From an uncultured delta proteobacterium (GTDB taxonomy: Bacteria; Myxococcota_A; Polyangia; Palsa-1104), in assembly GCA_963785725.1 (NCBI GenBank), contig CAWAWS010000020.1:303201-367200 (forward strand): a stretch of 64,000 nucleotides of DNA. The letters are read 5' to 3'. The translations under genes were made by a program, and so were the position numbers. Each line of letters opens with the position of its first letter. The stretch's first letter is position 1. The notes beneath the pieces are model-generated. The model made no database searches and had not been told where the DNA came from. It saw nothing but the letters and a program-made list of their open reading frames with translations. Below, in pieces: positions 11,312 to 20,196 of the stretch.

Positions 11312-11476
11312 CCGGGGTTGGCGCCGGGCGCGCTCGTCGTCGCCGATGACACGCGTCGCTTCGCCGACGACTTGCGGCCGTTCCTCGAGCATGTGCGCGC
11401 GCCGGCGAGCGGCTATGTCGCGATCGATGTGCCGCTCGACGACGGCGTCGAGTTGGCCATTCGCACCGGCTGACGC

Positions 11477-12055
11477 TCATTCGCTGCCGCAGTCGCCGTG
11501 CTCGTATTGGTGCCACTCGTACATCGGGCCCAGCGTGAATTGCGCGCGACCGGGGCCGTACGCGTAGGCCGCGCCCGCTTCGACGCCGAGATAGTGCTTT
11601 TGCGCCGAGTAGCAGCCCCAAATCGGATCGCGTGGGTTCGGACGCAGGAGTCGCGAGCGCGACCAGAGCAGCCCGGAGAGCGCGACGTGAATGCCGGGCG
11701 TCGCGCCTACGCCGGTGGTCGGTCCGTTGGTCGCTCCGCCGAGGCCGAGGAAGCCGCCGGCGCGAAAATTCACGTGCTCCCAAACCGTCGTCACGTCGAC
11801 GCCGGCGTCGGCTTCGACAAAGCCGGTCGGCCGCGCGTCGAGCACGCCGCCGCGTAGGGCCAGCGTGGCCGCCACGATCACGTCACGTCGCGGCGATTCC
11901 GCGGCGTTGAATCCGGCGCTGGCGGCGAACGTCATGAGCACGCCCGTGCGTCCGTGCTCGTCGCTAAGCGCGAGAATGCCGGCGCGAATCGGGTGCGCGC
12001 AGCCGATCGCCGACGAGAGCGCGAGCAGCAGCGGCAGCGTGAGCACGACGCGCAT
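11477..12055 (-). CDS. Predicted lipoprotein, function unknown
   Basis: The internal start at 12055 gives MRVVLTLPLLLALSSAIGC (signal peptide plus lipobox). The mature part is Gly/Ala-rich and ends in ...YEWHQYEHGDCGSE. Confidence 0.5.
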   Translation of the reverse strand: MRVVLTLPLLLALSSAIGCAHPIRAGILALSDEHGRTGVLMTFAASAGFNAAESPRRDVIVAATLALRGGVLDARPTGFVEADAGVDVTTVWEHVNFRAGGFLGLGGATNGPTTGVGATPGIHVALSGLLWSRSRLLRPNPRDPIWGCYSAQKHYLGVEAGAAYAYGPGRAQFTLGPMYEWHQYEHGDCGSE

Positions 12056-12285
12056 TCCCGCTTGTAGCGCGCGCGCGAGTCGCCGTCGATGACGTAGGTC
12101 AACCGCGCCCGCCGACGCAGCCGAGCTGCAGCAGCCACATCGTCGACCAATCGATCGCTGTGCGGTCGGTGCCGTTCGGTTGTCGTGTGGTGTCGCGTGG
12201 CGCGCGGGACATGCGCGGAACGTGTCGCGTCCGCCGCGCAATCAATCGCCATCCCGCGCCGGAAAGATCGGGCTAAGATTGCGGC

Positions 12286-12852
12286 ATGAACCCGAGCGAC
12301 GGGCTCGCGCAGCCGTGGGCGCCGCGCTGGCTGCGGCGGGTTTCGGTCGCGCTCGCGGTCGCGTTCTTGTCGCTGCTGTGGCTGGATGCGGTCGGCGCCG
12401 GCACGTCGCGCGCGCTGCCATTGTCGCTGCGGCCGTTCGTGCAAGTGGCGCAGCTCTTTCCGAACGCCGCCGAGAACGTCATCGAATGGCGCATCCTCGG
12501 CTTTCGCTGCGCGACGGGAAAGTTCGAGGAGCTCGACGTGCGGGCGTTCTTTCCCATTCACGCCGACGACAAGGAGAGCCGCTTCGAGCGCGCGCTGTTC
12601 TTCTATATGAAGACGCCGCAAGTGCTGACCGCGCTCGACGACTACGTCACGCGTCGCCAAGACGAGCTCGGAGCCGGCCAGCGCATCGGCGGCGTCATGA
12701 TCCTGAGCTTGCGCATTCCGATACCGGCGCTCGGCAGCGTCAGCGAGCGTTATCAGCGACAGCCGCTGGAGCGCTATCCGCACGACTGGCGCCACTATTG
12801 GTACACGACCGCCAGCGACGATCGGACGCGGCGCTGCGCGGAGACGCCATGA
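12286..12852 (+). CDS. Membrane-anchored hypothetical protein, translationally coupled to the HTTM gene
   Basis: 188 aa with one N-terminal hydrophobic helix (VSVALAVAFLSLLWL). Its stop codon overlaps the downstream ATG (ATGA at 12849-12852). Confidence 0.5.
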   Translation: MNPSDGLAQPWAPRWLRRVSVALAVAFLSLLWLDAVGAGTSRALPLSLRPFVQVAQLFPNAAENVIEWRILGFRCATGKFEELDVRAFFPIHADDKESRFERALFFYMKTPQVLTALDDYVTRRQDELGAGQRIGGVMILSLRIPIPALGSVSERYQRQPLERYPHDWRHYWYTTASDDRTRRCAETP

Positions 12853-13781
12853 CCAAGCGTGGGCCGCGCCAAAAGCCAAAGACGACGAAAACGAAGCCGA
12901 AGACGCTGAGCGCGCGCGTGCGCAGCTTTTTGTTCGCGCCGCAGCCGATCGCGCGGCTCGAGCTGGTGCGCATTCTGGTGCCGCTGGCGCTGCTCGGCTT
13001 CTTCTCGTCGCGCCTCACGCATGTCGACGACTGGCTCGGCCCGGTCGGCTTTCACGTGCCCGACTTGCATGGCGGCGACTGGCGGCAGCCGCTCTACCTC
13101 GGGCCGCTGCCGATCTGGGCCGCGCGGCTCGTCGGCGGCGCGCTGGTGGCATCGGGCCTCGCGGTCGCGGCCGGCTTTCGCACGCGCATCGCGAGCGCTG
13201 TTTTCGCGGCGCTGCTCGTCTACGTCATGCTCGCCGATCGCCTGGAGACGTTCACGGTGTCGAAGCTCGGCCCGTCGCTGGTGCTGGCGCTCTTCCTGAC
13301 GCCGTCGGGCACGCGTTTCGGCGTCGACGCCTGGCTGAACCATCGGAGCGATCCGAATGCGTCGCAGCCGTCGCTGGTGTCGGGCGGTTCGGTGCGCTTC
13401 TTCCAGCTCTTTCTCGTGGTCATGTATTCGGGCTCGGGCATTGCCAAGCTGCGCGCCGATTGGCTCACCAAGCCGGTCCTGTGGAGCCACGTGCACGACA
13501 ACTATCAGACGCTCGTGAGCTACGCGCTGCAGCGTGTCTTGCCGGCGGGCGCGTGGTGGCTGCTGCAATACGTGACGCTCGTGTTCGAGGTCGGCGCGCC
13601 GCTCTGGTTCGCGCTCAAGCGGACGCGTACGCCGGCGCTGATCGCGGGACTGACGATGCATCTGATGATCGGGCTCATGTTCGGCCCGGTGGTTTGGTTC
13701 GCGCTGCTGATGGCCAGCCTGCTCGTCGCCTGCTACGCGCCGCTGCCGAAGCGACTCAGAGCGGGCCGTCAAAACCTGTGA
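12849..13781 (+). CDS. HTTM-domain (vitamin K-dependent gamma-carboxylase-like) polytopic membrane protein
   Basis: Basic N-terminus (KPKTTKTKPK), then LFAPQPIARLELVRILVPLALLGFF and several further helices (FFQLFLVVMYSGSGIAKL, WWLLQYVTLVFEVGAPLWF, GLTMHLMIGLMFG). This arrangement is typical of HTTM proteins. Confidence 0.7.
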   Translation: MTKRGPRQKPKTTKTKPKTLSARVRSFLFAPQPIARLELVRILVPLALLGFFSSRLTHVDDWLGPVGFHVPDLHGGDWRQPLYLGPLPIWAARLVGGALVASGLAVAAGFRTRIASAVFAALLVYVMLADRLETFTVSKLGPSLVLALFLTPSGTRFGVDAWLNHRSDPNASQPSLVSGGSVRFFQLFLVVMYSGSGIAKLRADWLTKPVLWSHVHDNYQTLVSYALQRVLPAGAWWLLQYVTLVFEVGAPLWFALKRTRTPALIAGLTMHLMIGLMFGPVVWFALLMASLLVACYAPLPKRLRAGRQNL

Positions 13782-13911
13782 CCGAGCTGGGGCGAGCGAG
13801 GAGACCGGGCTGCGAGGCGCGCCGAGGGCGAATACCGTTGGTATTAACCGAGAAGCAACGAAGCAGACCGGACCCGTAGCCGGCCCCGGCGACCGAACAG
13901 GTTTTGACGGC
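13765..13911. repeat. 15-bp perfect inverted repeat (GCCGTCAAAACCTGT / ACAGGTTTTGACGGC) enclosing a 117-nt spacer that contains its own AATACCGTTGGTATT palindrome
   Basis: The arms lie at 13765-13779 and 13897-13911. The left arm overlaps the HTTM stop codon. The inner palindrome is near 13841-13855. Confidence 0.6.
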
Positions 13912-14292
13912 TCGCTCTAAGGTCAACCTATGCCGTTCACGCTGCCGCGAACTCTGCTACCGCGAGCACGCCCGCCAGGCGGGACGTAACCGTCCGACCA
14001 GAGCTGAGGATTCGTCACATCTTTTCGGCCTATTCCGATCACTTAGCTCACGTTGCGAATCCTCGACGAGAACTCGGTTCGAACGCGCTGATCGTCGCTC
14101 GCAACCTCTCGACGGGGAGACGTCGCGGCACGGCTTCGAGGTATCGGCAAATTTTCGTTTACCAGGCCGTTTGTCTGACAATCGCGATCGAAAACCGCGG
14201 TTGTTTCGATCGCTTGCGGACTTGTGATCAATGATGAGCCGACCAGAGACGCGACGGAATAGTCTCTCAGAGATTTTGTTAGATCAGAGTTG

Positions 14293-14568
14293 ATGCGCCC
14301 TATCGTGGCTTACGTTCTATTCGCGATCTTCGCTCTTGTCGCTGCTGGAGCGCTCGCTGGCAATTGCGTTGTGATGATTCGTTGGTACGTGTATCGGAAA
14401 CACGGTTCGATGATCCCAGCGGTCGGAGGCACGCTTATCACGGCTGGCGTGCTTCTGTATCCGGCGACGCGAGTGAGGCAGTACGCGTGGATACCCTTTG
14501 TGATCGACCCCGGCTGTCTATACCTCCTTGCAATGACACTGTTCGGCGCGCTAAAGCCGAAGCATTAG
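14293..14568 (+). CDS. Small (~91 aa) three-helix membrane protein, hypothetical
   Basis: MRPIVAYVLFAIFALVAAGALAGNCVVMI...IPAVGGTLITAGVLLYP...CLYLLAMTLFGAL. The local GC is clearly lower than the window average. Confidence 0.35.
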   Translation: MRPIVAYVLFAIFALVAAGALAGNCVVMIRWYVYRKHGSMIPAVGGTLITAGVLLYPATRVRQYAWIPFVIDPGCLYLLAMTLFGALKPKH

Positions 14569-14632
14569 CTGTTTCATCGTGGCCGGACGGCCGTCGACGC
14601 CGGTAAATGTCCGACTGAGACGTATTGACGAG

Positions 14633-15540
14633 CTACGAGGTGTCAGTCCAGCGGAGCGGCGGCGTCCAGTTGTGCGGCAGCAGTTCGTCGATGCGCGAGG
14701 CGGGGTGAGTGTCGACGCGCATCAGCACGTCCTTGAGATAGGCGACTGGATCAAGATCGCGCGCTTCGCAGGTGGCGACCAGCGAATAGCGAGTGGCGAG
14801 ATGATCGCCAGCCTCGACGTCACCGACAAAGAGGAAGTTCTTCCGACCAAGAGCCACCACTCGCAGCGCGGACTCGCTGGCGTTGTTGTCGACGGGCACG
14901 TTCGCGTTTTCGAGGAAACACAAGAGGCGGTCCCACTGGTTGAGCGCGTAGCTGATCGCCTGACCGAGCGGTCCCTTCGGTAGGTGTCTCGGCTGCTCCT
15001 CGACGAGCCACTGGTGCAGGCAGTCCATCGCTGCGCGCGAGCGTGTCCGCCGCATCGCAAGTGCTCCGGCGTGCGCACGATCTTGAGCGCCTTGGCCTCG
15101 TGCTCGACGCGATAGACGTCGAGGATTAGTTCCAGCGCTCGGCGCGCCTCGACGGGCGCCGTCGGCAGGGCGTCGAATATCTTTCGCCGCACGTGCGCCA
15201 GACATCCGGCACGATCGCGGCCGTCGACGTCGGTGACGCGGTTGTAACCAGTATAGCCGTCGATGACCAGCGTGCCCTTCGTCCCGCCGAGGATCTGCAG
15301 TGGCGTCTCGCCCGAGCGACTTCTCGGCGAAGCGATACGCGATCAGATCGCCGGCGAGGAAGGTCGCTTATTCGGCCGCTGCATCTTGAGCGACGTCTCG
15401 TCCGCCTGGACGGTCTCGCTCTGTGCAATGATCGCAAGCAGTCGCTTCCACAGTGGTTCCAGCTTCTCGGCGGCGGCATGAAACAGGTCAGTCAGCGTCG
15501 AGCGCGCCATCGGGATGCCGAGCCGCTTCGACGTTGTTCC
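14633..15540 (-). mobile_element. IS66-family transposase remnant (copy B, ~300 aa of the C-terminal two-thirds, with at least 2 frame breaks)
   Basis: Across three frames: GIPMARSTLTDLF...VQADETSLKM, LVIDGYTGYN...CLAHVRRKIFDAL...YRVEHEAKALKIVRTPEHL, PKGPLGQAISYALNQWDRLLCFLENANVPVDNNASESALRVVALGRKNFLF...ELLPHNWTPPLRWTDTS. About 80% nucleotide identity to copy A by eye. Confidence 0.75.
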
Positions 15541-16250
15541 AACTCGCAGCCGCCGCGCCGCGAGGGATTGCCCAGGCGTGCCGCCACTTCGGCATCTCGC
15601 GTAAGGCCTTCTACAAGTGGAAGAAGCGCCACGACGATCACGGCGACTCTGGGCTATGCGACCGCTCGCGCACCCCATTGCGCTCTCCCAACGCCACGCC
15701 GCCGGAAGTCGTGAGCAAGATTCTCTACCCGCGGCAGAACTACCACTTCGGGCCGCGCAGGATTGCCGACTACCTGGCTCGCTTTCACAGCATCCCATTG
15801 CCGGCTCGTCGGTGCATCGCATCCTCCGCAAGCACGGCGTGAACCGGCTGCCGGCCAATCAGAAGCACCAGCAACACGCCAAGCGCTGGCTGCGCTTCGA
15901 AAAGGCCCAGCCCGGTCATCGGCTTCAGCTGGACGTGAAGTTTCTCGAGCGCATCCCTGGTAAGCGCAAGCGGCTCTACCAGTTCACCGCTATCGACGAC
16001 TGCACGCGCATTCGCATCTTGAAGATTTACGACGCCTGCAATCAATCCACTGCTGTCAGATTCATAGACGAGGTCATTCGTCGTTTGCCCTTCCGGATTC
16101 TCGTCGTGCAGACGGACAACGGCGCGGAGTTCCAGTCGAAGTTTCACTGGCACTTGGACGAGCTCGACATTCGCCACGTCTACATCAAACCGCGAACGCC
16201 ACGCCTCAACGGCAAGGTCGAACGCTCACACCGCGTCGACAATCAGGAGG
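15540..16250 (+). mobile_element. IS481-family (DDE/rve integrase) transposase remnant, frameshifted near 15795 and truncated at both ends
   Basis: HTH part: GIAQACRHFGISRKAFYKWKKRH...GLCDRSRTP. Catalytic part: RLQLDVKFL...LYQFTAIDDCTRIRIL...LVVQTDNGAEFQS...IKPRTPRLNGKVERSHR. It abuts the 5' break of IS66 copy B. Confidence 0.7.
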
Positions 16251-16434
16251 AATCCGACCGACGAGACGCGTTTCGCCGACCGGATTCGAAACGCATCGCC
16301 GCCGCCGCGCCCGGCCCTGAGCCGCCGACTCCGCCGCGTGGCCTAGATCACATCGCACAGGCGCTACGAATAGGTCGTTCGTCGTACTCGTCCGTACTAC
16401 GGTGCTCACACGCCCGACCCCGAGGCCGAATACG

Positions 16435-19400
16435 ATGAAGACGCGCCCGTATTTACTCGCCCTGCTGCTGCTCGCCCCGCCTTCCCTGGCTTCCGCCAAC
16501 GAGCTGCCGAGCGACCCCGAAGCGCTGTTCACGCAAGGACAATACGAGGCCGCGCTCGTCGGCTTCGCCGCCGCCAGCCTACGCGAGCACGACGACGCAC
16601 CGTACATGCGCGGGCTGGTGGGCGCCGTGCGCTGCGAAATGCTGCTCGGTCGCCATCCCGACGCGTTCGAGCGCCTGCGTCGCGCGCGGCTGCCGGCGGA
16701 CGTCGGAATGCGCGCCATCGTCGAGCTGCTGCGGCTGCAGCTGCTGTTCGAGCTGCAGCGCGGTGGCGGCATCAGCGACGGTAACGCGCCACCCGTCCAC
16801 GGCGACCCACCACTGGCGCGCGCCGACGCGACGCGCGAGGCGGACGCGGCGACGCTGCACCTATGGCGCGACCGAGTCGAGCTGGCGCGCGTGCCGATCG
16901 CCAAGCTGGGCGACCTGTTCAACGTCGAGCACGCCGACCTGACCCGGTTCCCGTCGCTGTGGGACTTCTTGGTCGAGCGCATGTCGATCTACCTGGTCGA
17001 CCGCACGGCGGGCGGAACGATCGATTTGACCGCCGAGACGGTGCCGCGCGACTTCGAGCACATGCGCCCGTCGCGCGATCGGCTGGCGGCGCTCTTCGAA
17101 GAGAGCGGCAACCTCGACGGCGGCGACGTCGATCGCAAGAGCGCCGCCGAGCGCTGGCGCATCGACCGCGTGCTCCTCGACGAGAACCACGCGTCGACGG
17201 ACGACGGCACGGCGTGGCGCGCGCGCGCCATCGCACGCTTGAGCGGCTGGGCGCGCACCATGACCACCCCGGCGGCGCGCGCCGAGGCGGCACTGCAAGC
17301 GGCCACGTTCTTGCGCTACAAAGACCAGGATGACGGCAAGCTCAATGCGCTGGCGCTGATCGACGCCGCGCTGAAGGATTCGCCGAGCGGCCGCGTGGCC
17401 ACGACCTTGCGCCAGCTGGCGGCGGAGCTGGGCCAGCGCGAGCTGTCGGCCTGGACGTGGGTCACGCGCGACGGCAAAGGCGCGCTGCACGTGAGCGCGC
17501 GCAACGTGAAGACGATTTATCTGCGGCTCTATCGACTCGACCCGACGAGCCAGCTGCAAGAGGAATTGGGTCGCCCCGCCGCCAATCCCCAGGTGCCGGC
17601 CAAGCGCATCGAAGGCTGGATGAAGACGCTGCCGAAAGTGGCCGAGTGGAGCGTGCCGACGGGCGATCGGGGCACGCACGCCTCGATGGACCGCAATCTC
17701 GACGTGCGCGTGCCCGGCGTCGGCTTCTACCTGCTGCTCGTCTCGACCGAGCACGACTTTCCCGTCGGGCGCGCGACCGTCCTCGCCGATTTCCTGCAGG
17801 TGAACGACATCGCGGTGGCGCGGGTGCGCGTGGGCGAGACCGTGCGCCACTACGCGTTCGATGCCGAGCGGCACGCGCCGGCCGCGGAGATGCCCTTTCG
17901 CCTGCAGCTGTTTCCGCACCGCTCGCTGACGCTGGCGACGCAGGAGCGCCTGCTCACCAATTCCGACGGCGTGGTCGATTGGACCTATCCCGTCGGCCAG
18001 GACGATAGCGTCGAGACCATGGCGCAGCACGGCTACAGCTTCGGCATCTTCGAGAGCACGAGCGCCGCGCATCGCGTGAGCTATCCGCAGCCGGCGCCGG
18101 CGCCGCCGTTGGTGCTGCTGGTGGCAACCGATCGGCCCCTGTATCGGCTGCGTGACAAGATTCGCGTGCACGTGACGGCGCTCGTGCGCGCCGTCGACGG
18201 CGGCTACGACTTCGCGCACGACCAGGCCGTCGATCTCGACCTGCGCGAGCCGAGCCGCGGCGCCATCGTCGCCAGTGCCAAGATCGTCATGGGCGCGCTC
18301 GGCTCGGCGACGGCGGAGCTGACGCTGCCGGCCGACTCGGTCGCGGGCAACTACTCGCTGATGGCGAGCGATCCCGCGCCGTCGTCGGGGATCTACAAGA
18401 TGCTCCAGCTGCGCGTCGAAGATCAGGAGCCGGGGCTCGACGTGCAGCTCGATCCGCCGCCGGTGGGCGCGCATTACGGCGACAAGGTGCGCATCCAAGG
18501 GCACGTCAAGGACGCGGCCGGCAAGCCGGCCGCGCACGTGCCGCTTACCTTCACGGTCGTGGGCGAGCGTTGGGCGCCGCCAAACAGCGCGCCTCCGGCG
18601 GCGGGATGGCGAGTGTCCGACCTGGCGAAGAAGGAGCTGACGCACGGTCAGCTGGAGAGCGACGGCGAAGGCGCCTTCGTCATCGAGCTCACCGCCGCGT
18701 CGGCCGACCCGGTCGTGCACTTGGGCGTGCCGCCGGGCAGCGAGCCGCCCGACGTGAGCCGCCTGACCGTCGACGTCAACGCGCGCGACGCGGGCGGGCA
18801 TCGGGTCGGCCGCCGCTGCGAGCTGTCGGTCGGCCAGCAGCCGCTGTTGCTGTCGGCCGAGGGCGCGGGCGGCTTCTTCATGTCGAACGAGCGGCCGCAG
18901 CTGCGCGTGTCGGCGACGCGCTTCGATGAGCAGCCGCTGGCGACGACGGTGCGCTGGACGGTCGAGCGGCTGGGCGCACCCGACGGCAAGGCGGACCCGA
19001 TTCATCGTCATCCACTGGCGGTGGAGCTGGCGCGCTATCCGGCGCTGCGCGAAGTGGCGCATGGCACGCTCGCGACCATCGAGCACGAGGCGACCGAGCT
19101 GCAGCTGCCGGCGACCTTGCCGGCGGGCATCTATCGGCTGCGGCTCGACGGTGACGGTGGCAGCCGGGGTACCTTCCCGCTCCTGGTCGTCGACGCGCGC
19201 ACGCAAACCCTGCCGGGCGTGTTGCCGCCGCTGGCGCTGGCGCGACGCGACGTCTATCGCCCGGGCGAGACGGCCGAGCTGCTCGTCGGTGGCGGCGACG
19301 CCGCGGGGACCTATCAGCTCGAGGTGTGGCGCGACGGCCGGCGGCTATCGAGTCAGCTGCATCGTGGCGCGCCGCTGCGCATCGTGCGCCTGCCGGTCGA

Positions 19401-20196
19401 CGACCAGATCGGCGAGCTGACGATTCGCTGGATCGGCGTCGCCGGCGCGTCAGTCGTGAGCAGCGACGTGACGCTGACGGTGCGGCGGCCCAATCCGTCG
19501 CTCGTCATCAAGCTGCAGAAGCCGCCGACGCTGACGCCGGGCCGAACCGCGAGCCTCGCGCTGGAGGTGCGCGACGCGCGCGGCAAGCTCGTCGATGGCG
19601 AGGCGCTGGTGAGCGTGTTCGACGACGAGCTGACGCCGCGCGCGCCGGCCATGAGCGAGTGGCGCCTGCCTCCGAACCCGGCCGCGGAGAAGTTGCCGCG
19701 CCTCGATGTGAGTAAACCGATGTGGACCGCGATCTACCTGCACAACGACCGCGTGCAGGCGAGCGTGCCGCGCGCGGCGGCGCCGCCGCCTAACGGGGTG
19801 ACCACGGCGTGGATCATGCCGCGCTTCGCGTGGGAGCGGCCGGTGCTCACCTACGGCTACGGCGCCATCGCGCCAGGGAGTGCGGTGCCGAATGCACGCG
19901 TGCCCGAGCCGCATTGGAAGAGTCCCCACAAGGGCACGAGCCCCAACAAGGCCGACGACGAGCGCGCGCCGGAGCCGGCGATCGAGCCACCGATGTTTGC
20001 GAGCGGCCGGCTCGGTCCGATGCCGGCGACGCAGCTGGAGACGGTGGCGTGGCTGCCGGCAGTGGCGCTGCAGTCGGGGCGAGCCACCGTCGAGCTGCGC
20101 CTGCCGGAGCGGCCGGCGCACTGGCGCGTGCGCGTGCTCGCACTGGGACGCGACGGCACCGTCGGCAGCATCGACGACGAGCTGATCGCGCGCTGA
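16435..20196 (+). CDS. Secreted alpha-2-macroglobulin-like MG-domain protein with no thioester or receptor-binding domains
   Basis: Signal peptide MKTRPYLLALLLLAPPSLASA. MG2-type motifs include ATDRPLYRLRDKIRVHV, GNYSLMA and RRDVYRPGETAELLV. The C-terminal A2M_N_2-like ending is ETVAWLPAVALQSGRATVELRLPERPAHWRVRVLALG. No CxEQ thioester motif was seen. Confidence 0.6.
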   Translation: MKTRPYLLALLLLAPPSLASANELPSDPEALFTQGQYEAALVGFAAASLREHDDAPYMRGLVGAVRCEMLLGRHPDAFERLRRARLPADVGMRAIVELLRLQLLFELQRGGGISDGNAPPVHGDPPLARADATREADAATLHLWRDRVELARVPIAKLGDLFNVEHADLTRFPSLWDFLVERMSIYLVDRTAGGTIDLTAETVPRDFEHMRPSRDRLAALFEESGNLDGGDVDRKSAAERWRIDRVLLDENHASTDDGTAWRARAIARLSGWARTMTTPAARAEAALQAATFLRYKDQDDGKLNALALIDAALKDSPSGRVATTLRQLAAELGQRELSAWTWVTRDGKGALHVSARNVKTIYLRLYRLDPTSQLQEELGRPAANPQVPAKRIEGWMKTLPKVAEWSVPTGDRGTHASMDRNLDVRVPGVGFYLLLVSTEHDFPVGRATVLADFLQVNDIAVARVRVGETVRHYAFDAERHAPAAEMPFRLQLFPHRSLTLATQERLLTNSDGVVDWTYPVGQDDSVETMAQHGYSFGIFESTSAAHRVSYPQPAPAPPLVLLVATDRPLYRLRDKIRVHVTALVRAVDGGYDFAHDQAVDLDLREPSRGAIVASAKIVMGALGSATAELTLPADSVAGNYSLMASDPAPSSGIYKMLQLRVEDQEPGLDVQLDPPPVGAHYGDKVRIQGHVKDAAGKPAAHVPLTFTVVGERWAPPNSAPPAAGWRVSDLAKKELTHGQLESDGEGAFVIELTAASADPVVHLGVPPGSEPPDVSRLTVDVNARDAGGHRVGRRCELSVGQQPLLLSAEGAGGFFMSNERPQLRVSATRFDEQPLATTVRWTVERLGAPDGKADPIHRHPLAVELARYPALREVAHGTLATIEHEATELQLPATLPAGIYRLRLDGDGGSRGTFPLLVVDARTQTLPGVLPPLALARRDVYRPGETAELLVGGGDAAGTYQLEVWRDGRRLSSQLHRGAPLRIVRLPVDDQIGELTIRWIGVAGASVVSSDVTLTVRRPNPSLVIKLQKPPTLTPGRTASLALEVRDARGKLVDGEALVSVFDDELTPRAPAMSEWRLPPNPAAEKLPRLDVSKPMWTAIYLHNDRVQASVPRAAAPPPNGVTTAWIMPRFAWERPVLTYGYGAIAPGSAVPNARVPEPHWKSPHKGTSPNKADDERAPEPAIEPPMFASGRLGPMPATQLETVAWLPAVALQSGRATVELRLPERPAHWRVRVLALGRDGTVGSIDDELIAR

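Noticed and set aside
13904-14231. ORFs 13904-14227 (+), 13957-14181 (-) and 14043-14231 (-) in the non-coding stretch.
   Set aside because: They are mutually overlapping, have no start context or domain signal, and have odd composition. I treated the region as non-coding.
16861-19206. 781-aa minus-strand ORF antisense to the A2M-like gene. Similar long ORFs occur at 21265-23829 (-), 28180-30933 (-), 29928-33644 (+), 60580-63618 (-), 8044-9117 (-) and 42852-44693 (-).
   Set aside because: They are extremely Arg/Ala/Gly/Pro-rich with no motifs, and each lies opposite to or out of frame with a gene that has clear family motifs. These are typical shadow ORFs of high-GC DNA.
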